From: Bdellovibrionales bacterium
GTDB taxonomy: Bacteria > Bdellovibrionota > Bdellovibrionia > Bdellovibrionales > JAGQZY01
DNA: 64,000 nucleotides
Direction: 5' to 3'
Assembly (NCBI GenBank): GCA_964230645.1
Contig: CAXRHT010000001.1
Span: 768,001 to 832,000 of the forward strand
Made by a program: the position numbers and the translations under genes. The notes beneath the pieces are model-generated. The model was not told where the DNA came from, ran no database searches, and was given only the letters and a program-made list of their open reading frames with translations. Every line of letters begins with the position of its first letter. The stretch's first letter is position 1. Shown one piece after another: positions 19,901-29,495 of this stretch.

Positions 19901-20867
19901 AACACGAGGAAACGCAAACATTAGCCTTTCAGGAAGTGAGCAGCCCTTTAAGCTTTCGGGAAATTATGATGTTCTTGAAGGGCTCATTGAGAGCAACTTC
20001 TCAGGGGGTGCAGGAGGAGAGAACACGGATTTGCTCGAAGAACTCCTGAAAAAGGAAATCACCTCTCCTCTGATATTAGATATAGATATTGATACAAAAA
20101 ACAGTGTCGAAGTTCGAAATTCGCTTGTGGATGGGTACATATCTGGAAAGCTTAAGATTTTTGATAAAATAGACACTCCTAGAATTTCCGGAGAGGCCTT
20201 TTTTGATAATGATTCTGTGATAAAGTTCAGAGAGCAGGAATTTGATATCTTATCTTCAAATTTTAGCTTTGAAGGTGAGCACCCGATCAATCCAAAACTT
20301 GCAATGAGTGCTAAGACCCGAGTGAACGGTTATGACGTAAACCTTCTCCTGCAAGGTCGGGCTTCTAAACCTGTATTAAATCTAACCAGTCAGCCTCCCC
20401 TTCCAGAATCACAAATCATTTCGATGCTCGCCCTGGGACAACTTCCCGATGAGTTTGATCCCACCCAACAGAACTCTCTTAACAGTGACCCCAACGCCCC
20501 TCAACAGCAAGGTTTCGAAGTCGGAACTTCTCTTCTTGGCAATAATCCATTGGGCCGAGAACTTAAAGAACGCTACGATGTGGATGTTGAAGTTTCCACC
20601 TCTTTTGACGATCAGACAAACTCTGCTGTTCCTCGCGTCACATTGAGAAGAAAGATTTCTAAAAAATTAGAACTTTCAGGTTCTTCCACCACAGGTGAGA
20701 ACAATCGCCAGGAAGGACGGGTAACCTACGAACTTAACGATGATATTTCGACAATCTTTAGACTGCGAAATCGTCCATTGGATCAAAACAATTTGAATAG
20801 TAATCCAACAGTGCGCCAAAATAACTCGTTCGGAGTTGATGTAGAATACAAAGTGGAGTTTGATTAA
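16896..20867 (+). CDS. tamB: Translocation/assembly module TamB (AsmA-like)
   Basis: N-terminal TM anchor, long beta-rich body, C-terminal DUF490-like region (NP.L...LTSQPPL....IISML..G); coupled to an Omp85 gene. Confidence 0.85.
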   Translation: MSNKGKIFLYSFLILLAAGFSYLYIWEKPKLERVVELYVENFSQKDDIPFTIDIGRTNFSIFPLQLELYNTKFGPKKDLRKYTGEFRIEKVSLRPSFFDLLVGKFWLSLLKIEGSTLDLNIPASAQSADMPDTDFELNSILKRIPISEINIQNFKVNANYQDKYFVTTESLYVKAYNEKSSLIVTVKDPNLGVRKDKKQKPLNFLTEFQLMVTSNTVSLSKVKLVKETSYFLASGNFTYDNSPENIEELNINTRINSNFSDINRWVNLLHKTDALDILKGNIKTDFHFTKKNKKQDIVTEVDGDFNKLQIENVILGDLKVNAKLPDTKHLVIERVEANLSGDNKAIIDNIRVNIGEDKTTFQAGVQVKQAQLHSFLRDSTIADIPVWLQVDGSVKCEGVFEKNLKVECPGAATVSNIKIQNGERTKNIVAAKKAEIAGTMTITEKNISYKAQAQIQSIKGKSSGVISYEKGFDIQYESENLNLAEISPIADLQFAGMAKTKGSTKGNSDWATFQMDISASQFEFEQYFFGEISTQLKYKSGTLFFEKLKGNIESTRYQGMLNVNLTEENIKGDIQLPFFRMADIQQSILKKVDLEDRFLGSGSGRIQLNTPFDVDQLNFILDARLFKGEAFGEQYNEASLEAESVDGIIILQQCLLEKEKSKIRLKGTIDTQLESNINFSVSNGFLQHSTILKEQELPISGTFQAQGEILGNLGSPVIKTKAKISQLIFNKKKYKDAIFAYDNSNKQTNLQFNIPEQLEFLVILPESDLKSLFVDVNANQLDIAPILGFVVSEDSTRSYVIETSGEISGNFDTRNFWNSEFSSTIRNISLNYKANKIETTIPTNIELKNGKLFLNEISVLGNRQFLKVTQPYTEEFRTKFIINSRMNIAFFKIFAPFIEKIDGYSTLRLELTVDRDQMKLIGSSYTTDSFLKFPGFPHPLEDISADILFNQNKVLINSISGQMAGGNVRGSGEVRLPGDGKFDIEINTNIENANIDFPEGFKTRGNANISLSGSEQPFKLSGNYDVLEGLIESNFSGGAGGENTDLLEELLKKEITSPLILDIDIDTKNSVEVRNSLVDGYISGKLKIFDKIDTPRISGEAFFDNDSVIKFREQEFDILSSNFSFEGEHPINPKLAMSAKTRVNGYDVNLLLQGRASKPVLNLTSQPPLPESQIISMLALGQLPDEFDPTQQNSLNSDPNAPQQQGFEVGTSLLGNNPLGRELKERYDVDVEVSTSFDDQTNSAVPRVTLRRKISKKLELSGSSTTGENNRQEGRVTYELNDDISTIFRLRNRPLDQNNLNSNPTVRQNNSFGVDVEYKVEFD

Positions 20868-23779
20868 TGAAAATGATCAAGCTCCTCTTTTCTTTGTTTT
20901 TAATCCTTTTGAGCCATAAGGCTTTTGGTCAGTATGTTCTAGAGGATTCAAAGATTCCCATCATTGAACGCATGACTTCAAACTATCAGGAAAAAGAACT
21001 AAGCCTCAAAGAACTTGATGAAATCGTTAAAGAGATTTCTCAAGACGGTCTTTTTCAAGTGGTTTATATTGAACGCCTCAGCGGCAACCGAGTTATTATT
21101 CGCGCTCAGCAGTCCAATAAAATTTCTGATATTCAAATTGCCGGTAACACGTCCTACGATCAAACCGAGCTACTAGAGGCTATGAAAATCGAAGAAGGTC
21201 AGGTATTAAGTGAGCTTGAAATTGAACAAGCTGTCGAGCGCATTCGCGAAATTTACCGCAACTCTGGATTTTTTAACTTTAAAATTAGCTATGAAAAAGT
21301 CAGAGGGGATTCAGGCTTCACTCTGAAGATTAATATCGATGAGCAGGACTTTACCATCATTGAAGACATTCTCATTTTTTCTAAAAACGAGTACCTCAAT
21401 GAACAAACCAAAGTGATTGTTCAAAAGTACGAAAAGAAAAACTACAAAAAGGACACGACTAGCAAAATCGAAAAAGCGATCAATGATCTTTTATTACAAC
21501 ATCGTTTTCTAACAGCTAAGGTTGAAAACACTGCCACGATATTCAACAAAAACAAAACTAAGGTAAAATTGAAATTTACCATCAGTAACGCCACTCAATT
21601 TGAATTCGTTTTTCATGGGAACGAACATTTCTCTCATTTTGACCTAATTAAATCCAGTAAGATCGGTGGAAAGTTCTTGTACCTCAGTGACTCAAGCTCA
21701 GAAATCATTGACGCGATTGTCGAACTCTACTTGAACGCTGGATATCCTCAAGTCAAAGTTTCTCATTCGGAACGCTATTTTGCTGAACAGAATAAAAAGG
21801 TCTTTATTTTCTCAATCGTTGAAGGACCCCATGTCAAAATTGGTGACATCGACATTGTAGGTAAGCTTTCTAAAAAGAAAAAATACTATCAGAATCTTTT
21901 TGACCAGTATTTGGCCGAAGAAGCCCATACGGTTTATTTTGTTCAAAAAAATATTGAAAACGCCGCTCGAAAAATGGTCACACACCTAAAGCGCAATGGT
22001 CACCTCCAAGCCGAGCTCCTTTCTGTAAACAACGAGATTACCCCTAAAAATAAGGCCTTGATTACGATCCAAATTGATGAGGGTATTCTCACCTACGTCC
22101 GTCAGATTCTTTTTATGGGGTCAAAATCTTTTAGTAATTTGGAACTTAGAGAAGAAGTCGGTATTGAGACCAATAAGCCGTTGAAAATAAGAGAAGTCGA
22201 AGAGAGCTTTGAAAAACTCGAGCTTTTTTATAAAAAACGGGCCTTCCTTGAATTTAAAGTTAAAAATAGAAATGCTTCTGTAATACAGTACAAACCGGAC
22301 CAGCCCTACGCCGATATCGTTTACCAAGTGAGCGAAGGTCCCAAGATTCGAGTTCAAAATATTAAAGTGACGGGTCTAAAGAAAACGAAAGAATATGTCG
22401 TTCGGCGCGAACTCTCATTCGGAACTGACGAACTGCTCACTTTGGAAAAGGTCTCTAATTCTATCGATCGCCTTGAAAAAACCGGTTTATTTGGAAAAGT
22501 AAATATCCGTTCTCTTGAACAGGGATCAAAAAAGCGAAACCGAACAATTGTGGTTGAAGTCGAGGAAAGAAAGCCAGGAGTATTTTCAGCTGGAGCGGGA
22601 CTTTTTAACGAAGGTTTTTTCGGGTATCGAGGTTACGTAGGAGCTCTTTATAACAATCTATGGGGCAAAGCTCGTGGTATTAGTTCGCGGGTTGATCTTA
22701 AATACCTGGATATGAATTCTCAAATCGATGAAGCCGAAAACTTTTTAGAAAATCGCTTGGCCCTGTCTTACTATGAACCCTTTATTTTTGAAGACCGTGT
22801 TCGAGGTCGAGTGTCCCTTATTAGAGAACAACAGGTTTTCGATATCAACGCCGTCCGATCAACAAATGACATTATTTTAGCGGCCGAAAAAGAGTTCACT
22901 CAACATTTTCGACTGATTTACAATGTGTGGAACTTTTCAAACCAGGAAACATTTAGTTTAAAGGACAACGAGACCAACGAAAACTCAAGACAAATTATCA
23001 ATATTGGAAGCACAGGTCCTGCCGTTGAGATTGATTATAGAAACGATCAGTTCCTTCCCACGGAGGGAACCTTCTCAAGAATTGAATTCGAATACTCAGA
23101 CCCTATCTTTGGAAGTTCAAAAGACAATCCACAAATTAGCGGTTTCAAACCGGCGAATCCAATCTCTGGAATAAGGGAAAGAGAAGACAACCAGAACGAG
23201 ATCCAGTTTATTAAAACTTCTTTTTCACATACTCTCTATAGTCCGCTCACCAAAGACCACCGTTGGGTTTGGGCGAATTCTATTCGGGGGGGATATTCTA
23301 AAAATGTCAGTAGCCGCGCGGACTCTGGTATCCCACAAGCAGAACAGTTTTATTTGGGGGGAAGTTCAACGATTCGTGGATTTGCTTTTGGCCCAGCAGA
23401 GACCGTGCCTGGAAAACGTGAGCTCTGTATCAAACAAGGTGTCATAGATTATGACGAAGCCACGGACCAGTGTAATTTCAACGAAATCTTTGTCAGAGAT
23501 GACTCCGCCTTTGTTTTATTCAAATCCGAACTTCGTTTTCCCATCTCTGGGGCTTTTGGCGGCCTGATCTTTTACGATGGCGGTGCTGTGTACCTAGGTG
23601 ACTTTTCATTAGAAGACCCCTACCGAGATGCCGTGGGTCTTGGCTTCCGCTATGACACACCTGTAGGCTCTTTTATCATGCAAGCGGGATATAAGCTCGA
23701 TCGTAAATTAGGCGGACCTAACTCTAATTTTGATAGAGAAAGTGACCTAGCCTTCCATGTTTCTATAGGTACCTTTTAG
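20867..23779 (+). CDS. tamA: Omp85-family outer membrane protein (TamA/BamA-like) with several POTRA domains
   Basis: POTRA repeats, FYLGGSSTIRGF motif, G.GFRYDTPVG, terminal SIGTF. Confidence 0.85.
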   Translation: MKMIKLLFSLFLILLSHKAFGQYVLEDSKIPIIERMTSNYQEKELSLKELDEIVKEISQDGLFQVVYIERLSGNRVIIRAQQSNKISDIQIAGNTSYDQTELLEAMKIEEGQVLSELEIEQAVERIREIYRNSGFFNFKISYEKVRGDSGFTLKINIDEQDFTIIEDILIFSKNEYLNEQTKVIVQKYEKKNYKKDTTSKIEKAINDLLLQHRFLTAKVENTATIFNKNKTKVKLKFTISNATQFEFVFHGNEHFSHFDLIKSSKIGGKFLYLSDSSSEIIDAIVELYLNAGYPQVKVSHSERYFAEQNKKVFIFSIVEGPHVKIGDIDIVGKLSKKKKYYQNLFDQYLAEEAHTVYFVQKNIENAARKMVTHLKRNGHLQAELLSVNNEITPKNKALITIQIDEGILTYVRQILFMGSKSFSNLELREEVGIETNKPLKIREVEESFEKLELFYKKRAFLEFKVKNRNASVIQYKPDQPYADIVYQVSEGPKIRVQNIKVTGLKKTKEYVVRRELSFGTDELLTLEKVSNSIDRLEKTGLFGKVNIRSLEQGSKKRNRTIVVEVEERKPGVFSAGAGLFNEGFFGYRGYVGALYNNLWGKARGISSRVDLKYLDMNSQIDEAENFLENRLALSYYEPFIFEDRVRGRVSLIREQQVFDINAVRSTNDIILAAEKEFTQHFRLIYNVWNFSNQETFSLKDNETNENSRQIINIGSTGPAVEIDYRNDQFLPTEGTFSRIEFEYSDPIFGSSKDNPQISGFKPANPISGIREREDNQNEIQFIKTSFSHTLYSPLTKDHRWVWANSIRGGYSKNVSSRADSGIPQAEQFYLGGSSTIRGFAFGPAETVPGKRELCIKQGVIDYDEATDQCNFNEIFVRDDSAFVLFKSELRFPISGAFGGLIFYDGGAVYLGDFSLEDPYRDAVGLGFRYDTPVGSFIMQAGYKLDRKLGGPNSNFDRESDLAFHVSIGTF

Positions 23780-24966
23780 GACTTTTTTAATAAAGCCATA
23801 AAAAAACCATCGAATCCATCTTCCACGGGATAGATGCTTTTTTGTTTTTCCAAGCTAAAGTCAGGATTTTCTTTCAAGAAATTCTCAATTTGTAATTCAT
23901 TCTCTTCGGGCAAAACACTGCAGGTCGAATAGACCATCAGACCTCCCGATTTTAAAATCGGTGAGTACTGGGTGAGGATTAGTTTTTGAAGTTCTATGAG
24001 TTCTTTGATTCTTTGCTCTGTGAGCTTCCACTTCGTATCGGGATTTCGCCTGAGCACTCCAAGCCCCGTGCATGGAACATCGAGAAGTAACCTATCAGCC
24101 GAATTCTTTAACCTTTTAAATGCTTTTGTGGAATCAACGACTTTTCTTTCAATGTTGTGGAACCCATCTCTTCTAGCGCGAAGTTTGAGCTGATTGAGCT
24201 TCCACTCATGGATATCCAAAGAGACAATTTGTCCCTTATTGTTCATGAGATCTGCCATATGAAGAGTCTTACCACCAGCACCAGCACAGGCATCGACCAC
24301 GCGCTGCCCTGGCTCCACTCTTAAAAAAGAAGCCACTTGCTGACTGGCCCCATCCTGAACTTCAAACCATCCACTTTTAAAAGCTTTGGTTTTAAAAACA
24401 TTGGCTCTTTCCTCAAGTATTAGACCAGAGGTCGTTCCCCATAATTTTTGAGCTTTAATGTTTTCTTCGCTCAAAGATTTCACCACATTTTCAAGTGTCG
24501 TCTTTGACTCATTTACCCGAAGGACGACGGAATTTGTTTCATTAAAGTAAGGGCAAAGATCTTGCCACTGAACGGGAAGACTTTCCTGCATACGTTGATA
24601 GAGCCAGGCTGGAAAAGCCTGTCGAATACTCGGATCATCAAGCGCGGACATTCTTTTTTCAAACTCTGAAAAATCAATGGAGAGATATTCATCGAAATAA
24701 GGCTTTTCCAGCTGCCGTCTCCAAAGAGATGGGGCTAAGAGCTCTAGAGTTGGGGGCTGCTCTTTCTGATCGAGGAGGTACCAATAAAGTCGCCACCATC
24801 GCACACAGTCGTAAACAGTTTCTGCAAAAAAGCGACGGTCTCGACTCCCCCACTTTTTGTTATTCTTCATATGGTATTCGATGCACTTGTCCGCATGACG
24901 ATCTTCAAAAAAGATCCCAGTTAGGGCCTCAACACAACTATTAAATAAATGCTTATGATATCTCAA
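23776..24966 (-). CDS. RsmB/NOP-family RNA m5C methyltransferase
   Basis: EVQDGASQ, DACAGAGGKT, DVPCTGLG..RRNPD, YSTCS..EENE; TTG start at 24966 overlaps the upstream stop. Confidence 0.92.
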   Translation of the reverse strand: MRYHKHLFNSCVEALTGIFFEDRHADKCIEYHMKNNKKWGSRDRRFFAETVYDCVRWWRLYWYLLDQKEQPPTLELLAPSLWRRQLEKPYFDEYLSIDFSEFEKRMSALDDPSIRQAFPAWLYQRMQESLPVQWQDLCPYFNETNSVVLRVNESKTTLENVVKSLSEENIKAQKLWGTTSGLILEERANVFKTKAFKSGWFEVQDGASQQVASFLRVEPGQRVVDACAGAGGKTLHMADLMNNKGQIVSLDIHEWKLNQLKLRARRDGFHNIERKVVDSTKAFKRLKNSADRLLLDVPCTGLGVLRRNPDTKWKLTEQRIKELIELQKLILTQYSPILKSGGLMVYSTCSVLPEENELQIENFLKENPDFSLEKQKSIYPVEDGFDGFFMALLKKS

Positions 24967-25577
24967 AACCTGTATGCCACTCCTGAAGAGACGAACCATC
25001 CGATAAATTGTCCGTCACTTAACACGTGGACGTGATTTTTGATACCACCTTGAATAAAATACTGACTGTGGATCTCGTTGAGTCTAAATCCAAGATAAGC
25101 CTTATAATCAAAAGAAAAGGCCGACTCCCCTTTGAGCTGCTTGGTAAAATAACCAGGCCCGCCGGCCACCCCAAGATAAACGGGAAAACTAAGCCTTCGA
25201 GGAAAGGTGAAACTCAAAAGAAATGAGATTTTTGAAAACTCGCGGTTGTCGCCAGCGAACTTTTGAAGCTCTAAATGGTAACCCTGGCCAAAGTAACCTT
25301 TTGTAGCCTGGTGATAAAATATCTCGGCATTCCAGCCAGATAGCTGATCCTGAGTCCACTGATAGTTCTTCGTATCAATGAGACTCCCTACTGCTATGGC
25401 TAGAAGGCGGGAGTGACCAGGGTCGTATACCGGTTGGCTGGCCAGCTGCCTTTTGTTTTTCTTGGTGAAATATTTCATGGCGGCATCTCTGCCTGTGGAA
25501 GAGGCAGAAGCCTGCTGCACCCCTGCCATAAAAAGACAAAGGATCAAAATGTGTCCGCTTCGGCTCCATTGGATCAT
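24963..25577 (-). CDS. Secreted, probable outer-membrane beta-barrel hypothetical protein
   Basis: Signal peptide, alternating aromatic beta strands, C-terminal GVAYRF. Confidence 0.65.
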   Translation of the reverse strand: MIQWSRSGHILILCLFMAGVQQASASSTGRDAAMKYFTKKNKRQLASQPVYDPGHSRLLAIAVGSLIDTKNYQWTQDQLSGWNAEIFYHQATKGYFGQGYHLELQKFAGDNREFSKISFLLSFTFPRRLSFPVYLGVAGGPGYFTKQLKGESAFSFDYKAYLGFRLNEIHSQYFIQGGIKNHVHVLSDGQFIGWFVSSGVAYRF

Positions 25578-25679
25578 ACTTTATTTTACGGGGCTCAGGT
25601 GAAAATGAATAGGACAAGGGCCCAAATCAAGACCCAAGTGACCTTGACGCTTTCTCAATATTTTCATACTTTCGTCTTG

Positions 25680-26150
25680 ATGAAGTGCCCTCACTGCCAG
25701 TCACTCGACACTAAGGTTTTAGACACTCGCTCTCAAAAAAATGGAGAGGTGACTAAGCGTCGTCGCGAGTGTGAAAAATGTGAAGCCCGTTTCTCAACAA
25801 TTGAAACTATTGTTGTCAGCTTCCCCATGGTCGTAAAAAAAGATGGTCGAAGAGAGCCCTTTTCACCAGAAAAACTAGCTGGCGGAATTAAGGCTGCTTG
25901 TCAAAAGCGGCCGATCAGTGCTTCCCGCATTGAACAGATGGTTGAGAAAACAACAGCCTGGGTTGTCGAACATTCTGAAAAAGAACTCTCAACGGATATG
26001 ATCGGGCGATTTGTAATGAACGAACTAAAAGATGTGGACGAAGTGGCCTACGTTCGATTCGCTAGTGTTTATAAGACCTTTAAAGATATTTCTGAGTTTG
26101 TGGCCGATCTTGGAGATCGTAACCTAAAACAGAAAGACCTACTCCTATGA
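25680..26150 (+). CDS. nrdR: Transcriptional repressor NrdR
   Basis: MKCPHC..TKVLDTR, RRRECEKC..RFST.E, ATP cone, VAYVRFASVY. Confidence 0.96.
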   Translation: MKCPHCQSLDTKVLDTRSQKNGEVTKRRRECEKCEARFSTIETIVVSFPMVVKKDGRREPFSPEKLAGGIKAACQKRPISASRIEQMVEKTTAWVVEHSEKELSTDMIGRFVMNELKDVDEVAYVRFASVYKTFKDISEFVADLGDRNLKQKDLLL

Positions 26151-26563
26151 AGCCTTTAAGAAAAGCCCGCGAAATGGCGTTACAAATCCTTTTTCAAAAG
26201 GGTTTTCAAGAAGGGACGAGTGCTCAAGATCTATTTAACTCTTTTGCCGATAACTTCGAATTTGATCAGACGACCAAGGACTACTCTCTTTTTCTCACTC
26301 AGGGAGTTCTTGAGAACGAAACCAAGATCGATGAAACAATCGAATCTTTAAGTGATAACTGGAAAGTCGACCGAATTGCTAAGATTGATAAAATTTTAAT
26401 TCAACTGGCGATCTTCGAACTCACCCTTTCAGACAACACTCCCACAGCCCCAAAGCTATGCATCACAGACATTATTGATCTTGCAAAAAAATACAGTTCC
26501 GCTGAGTCGAAAAATTTCATCAATGGAATTATCGATCAAGTTTATCAACAGCAACAACAGTGA
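26147..26563 (+). CDS. nusB: Transcription antitermination factor NusB
   Basis: RKAREMALQILFQ, W..DRI..ID, LAKKYS...S..FINGI. Confidence 0.95.
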   Translation: MKPLRKAREMALQILFQKGFQEGTSAQDLFNSFADNFEFDQTTKDYSLFLTQGVLENETKIDETIESLSDNWKVDRIAKIDKILIQLAIFELTLSDNTPTAPKLCITDIIDLAKKYSSAESKNFINGIIDQVYQQQQQ

Positions 26564-27432
26564 GCCTTATGACCGACACCGACAATGGAGAAGAAAAAAA
26601 AGCCTTTGTCTATATCATCTCGGATGGAACTGGCGAAACAGCGGCCATCATGACCCGAGCAGCTGTGGTTCACTACTCAAAGTTTGATTTTCATATTGTA
26701 CGCAATAAAAATATTCGCTCAGAGTCTCAAGTTGAAAATGTCGTCAATGAAGCCTTTAAAAGAGGGGCTCTTATTGTTCATACCGTGGTGACCCCTACCC
26801 TGAGGCAATACCTTGAGGAAAAAGCGGCTGAAAAAAACGTTCTGCAAGTTGATCTTCTCGGTCCCCTTTTACAAACCTTGGATCAATTTTTAAATGTTGA
26901 GAACAATGACAGAGAAGCCGGTAAATTGCGCTCAGTGGATGATAAATATTTTCGCCGTGTGGAAGCCATCGAATTCTCGGTCAAACATGATGATGGAAAA
27001 GTTTCTAACGACCTGGACAAGGCTGACATTATTCTCGTGGGTATCAGTCGAACCAGTAAAACGCCTTTGAGTCTTTTTCTGGGGTACAAGGGCTGGAAAG
27101 TAGCTAATATCCCTTTAGTCAAAGGCACCCCTCTTCCCGATGAGCTTTTCGAGGTGGATCAAAGAAAGGTTGTGGGCTTGACTATTGAGCCCAGCAGCCT
27201 TCAGAAGATTCGAAAAAATCGCCTGGAAAAGTTTGGACAAGATCCTGGTGGAGAGTACGCAAGGCTCGATAACATCTACGATGAAATTGAGTACGCCAAA
27301 GGTATATTTCAAAAGTACAAGCGCTGGCCTGTTTTAAATGTGACCGATCGTGCTCTTGAGGAAACAGCCTCGGAGATCACACGGATTGTTTGTCAAAGAA
27401 TGGGAATAAAGAATAAAAATTACGTTTTTTAA
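26560..27432 (+). CDS. ppsR: PEP synthetase / pyruvate phosphate dikinase regulatory kinase-pyrophosphorylase (DUF299)
   Basis: ISDGTGETA, YF.R.EAIEF..KHDDG, GISRTSKTP, EETA. Confidence 0.93.
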   Translation: MSLMTDTDNGEEKKAFVYIISDGTGETAAIMTRAAVVHYSKFDFHIVRNKNIRSESQVENVVNEAFKRGALIVHTVVTPTLRQYLEEKAAEKNVLQVDLLGPLLQTLDQFLNVENNDREAGKLRSVDDKYFRRVEAIEFSVKHDDGKVSNDLDKADIILVGISRTSKTPLSLFLGYKGWKVANIPLVKGTPLPDELFEVDQRKVVGLTIEPSSLQKIRKNRLEKFGQDPGGEYARLDNIYDEIEYAKGIFQKYKRWPVLNVTDRALEETASEITRIVCQRMGIKNKNYVF

Positions 27433-27548
27433 AGAGAAGCTTGCTCCTTAATAAGGAAATTTTACAATCCTCCTATAGCTTAGTGTTGGTTCCTTTAAAG
27501 ATCAGTTAACCTCCTATTTTCTCGCCTTTTACAAATAGGAGCTCTTTA

Positions 27549-28667
27549 ATGCCTAAGATCGCCATTTCCACTTGTTTGCTGACTGTCTTTTTTATGACGT
27601 CTCTTCAAGCCTCGGAGCTGTCAGAGAAAGTCGAAAAAAGTGCCTACCGAACCTCACAATTAGAATCTTTTGATCAGGTTTGGAATAAAGTCTCATTAAG
27701 TCCCTGGGAACAAGTCGATCAATGGGGGCGCGAACAGACTCTTCCCCAGTACTCGGGCGTGGGCACTGGCGACTTGATAGAACTTTTATTAAAGGCCTTT
27801 ACCGAAAGCTCCGGTGACATGGATAAGAACTGGCCTTTTGCGGTTAGAAGTCGAGAGCTTTTTACCCATTCAGCAAACTTTAAAAAAGAGCCCAAAGTTA
27901 AATGGCTTCATCCGCGTGGCGTGTGTGCTCAAGGACGTTGGGTGATCCCTGAAAACTCCTCTTCACCGGCCTCAGGACTTTTTGAACCTGGTACTGAAGT
28001 TCCAGTGATCTTGCGCCTTTCCAGTGGGACCAATGCCTCAGAAAGACTTTTAGATGGGGAGCCTCAGGATCGTCTCTTTGGAATGGCTATCAAGCTTTTT
28101 CATTCCACAAACCCGCAAGAACCAACAGTGACATCAAACATAGTGACTCTTGATCAAAAGGGATTCAGTCGAACGGCGAGACCTCATATGTTGCAAGAAG
28201 ATGAAAACGAAGGACCTCTTTACTATACCAATGTGGCTCCCGTTGAAGATATCATTGGTAGCGATAAGCCCTTAAAAACTTTTGCTGGAAAACTTTTAAG
28301 CCGAGCGCTCGATATTTTTGATACGCCCAATTTTGCCAGACCTGTCTATGTAACAGCAAGCCTAAATGATCAAGCGGAGGCCGTTGAAGCACCACAAGTT
28401 CCCTTCGAATTGCGTTTAATTCCTCAGTTTCAAGAGCCTACAAAAAATTATGAAGACTTTCGCCTGGAACTTCTTGATTACAAGGGGGGAGGCTTTGATA
28501 TCGTGATTCAGAAAATGGCCGAATCAGGCGAGACCCTTGCGCTAAAAATTGGGACAATCGAAATCGACTCTCCCATGATAATTTCTGGTAATTGTGATCT
28601 TCGCCTTTCTTTTCACCATAGTCCAAATGAGTGGAAAGACGAATATGAAAGCGATCTTGAAGACTAA
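27549..28667 (+). CDS. Secreted catalase-like (catalase-related fold) protein
   Basis: Signal peptide; K..HPRGVCAQG, GLF.PG..PV.LRLS, GMAIKLF resemble the catalase N-terminal core. Confidence 0.6.
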   Translation: MPKIAISTCLLTVFFMTSLQASELSEKVEKSAYRTSQLESFDQVWNKVSLSPWEQVDQWGREQTLPQYSGVGTGDLIELLLKAFTESSGDMDKNWPFAVRSRELFTHSANFKKEPKVKWLHPRGVCAQGRWVIPENSSSPASGLFEPGTEVPVILRLSSGTNASERLLDGEPQDRLFGMAIKLFHSTNPQEPTVTSNIVTLDQKGFSRTARPHMLQEDENEGPLYYTNVAPVEDIIGSDKPLKTFAGKLLSRALDIFDTPNFARPVYVTASLNDQAEAVEAPQVPFELRLIPQFQEPTKNYEDFRLELLDYKGGGFDIVIQKMAESGETLALKIGTIEIDSPMIISGNCDLRLSFHHSPNEWKDEYESDLED

Positions 28668-28670
28668 TTT

Positions 28671-29357
28671 TTAAGAGCCCATCTTTGTCGGAGTCATCAT
28701 TACCTCTCGAACATTGTTGCGAGGATTGGCTTCCATAGCATAGAGCACGGCCTCTGCCACGTCCTCTGGCTTTAGCTTATCAGGCTTTGGCTCATCAAAA
28801 AATGGGGTATCCACCATCCCGGGGCAAATGGTCGTACAGCGCCCCTGCCACTTTTCCATTTCCCGGGCTAAGTTTTGCCCAAAACCATACGCAAACCATT
28901 TGGATGCGCCATAGATGGAACCAGGCATAGGGATTCTTCCAGCCACCGAGGCTGTCAAAAGAAAATGTCCTTTTCGATCTTTTAAATGAGGAAGCGTGGT
29001 TTTAGCCGTCCACAAAAGTCCTTTCACATTGATATCAATCAGTTTGTCCCATTCTTCAGGATCTCCGTTTTCCGTTCCAGCTTTGGATAGACCGGTTCCG
29101 GCGTTGGCAAAAACAACATCCAAGTGCCCCCAGTGATCAATGGCTTTAGAGACCATGTGGTCCATCTCATCAAATGATGTGGCGTCCGCAGGAAGTGCGA
29201 TGGCTTGATCCTCTCCTACTTCCGAGACAATTTGGTTGAGGAGCTCACCTCTTCTTGCCGTGAGCACTAAATGATAACCCTTACTTGCCGCCAATAGTGC
29301 CGTTTGTTTGCCGATTCCACTGGAAGCGCCAGTGATGAGCATAATTTTTTTATCCAC
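28671..29357 (-). CDS. Short-chain dehydrogenase/reductase
   Basis: ITGASSGIG, ANAG, YGASK, PGMVDT. Confidence 0.93.
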   Translation of the reverse strand: MDKKIMLITGASSGIGKQTALLAASKGYHLVLTARRGELLNQIVSEVGEDQAIALPADATSFDEMDHMVSKAIDHWGHLDVVFANAGTGLSKAGTENGDPEEWDKLIDINVKGLLWTAKTTLPHLKDRKGHFLLTASVAGRIPMPGSIYGASKWFAYGFGQNLAREMEKWQGRCTTICPGMVDTPFFDEPKPDKLKPEDVAEAVLYAMEANPRNNVREVMMTPTKMGS

Positions 29358-29445
29358 GAGGTCTCCTTAAAGTTAAATAAGATTAGATAGTAATTTATCA
29401 AATTCATTTTAACTTCGACCTAGTTTCAATCAAATGTTTAAAGAA

Positions 29446-29482
29446 TTAATAAAAAGGAAGGTCCGTTGAAATGACCTTCCTT
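29446..29482 (-). terminator. Intrinsic terminator of the spondin gene
   Basis: AAGGAAGGTC-9nt-GACCTTCCTT stem followed by a U tract on the minus strand. Confidence 0.7.
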
Positions 29483-29495
29483 AAGTTTTTGAATA

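Noticed and set aside
25413..25679. N-terminal extension of NrdR in the 245-aa ORF call
   Set aside because: It overlaps the opposite-strand gene; the family start MKCP is at 25680.
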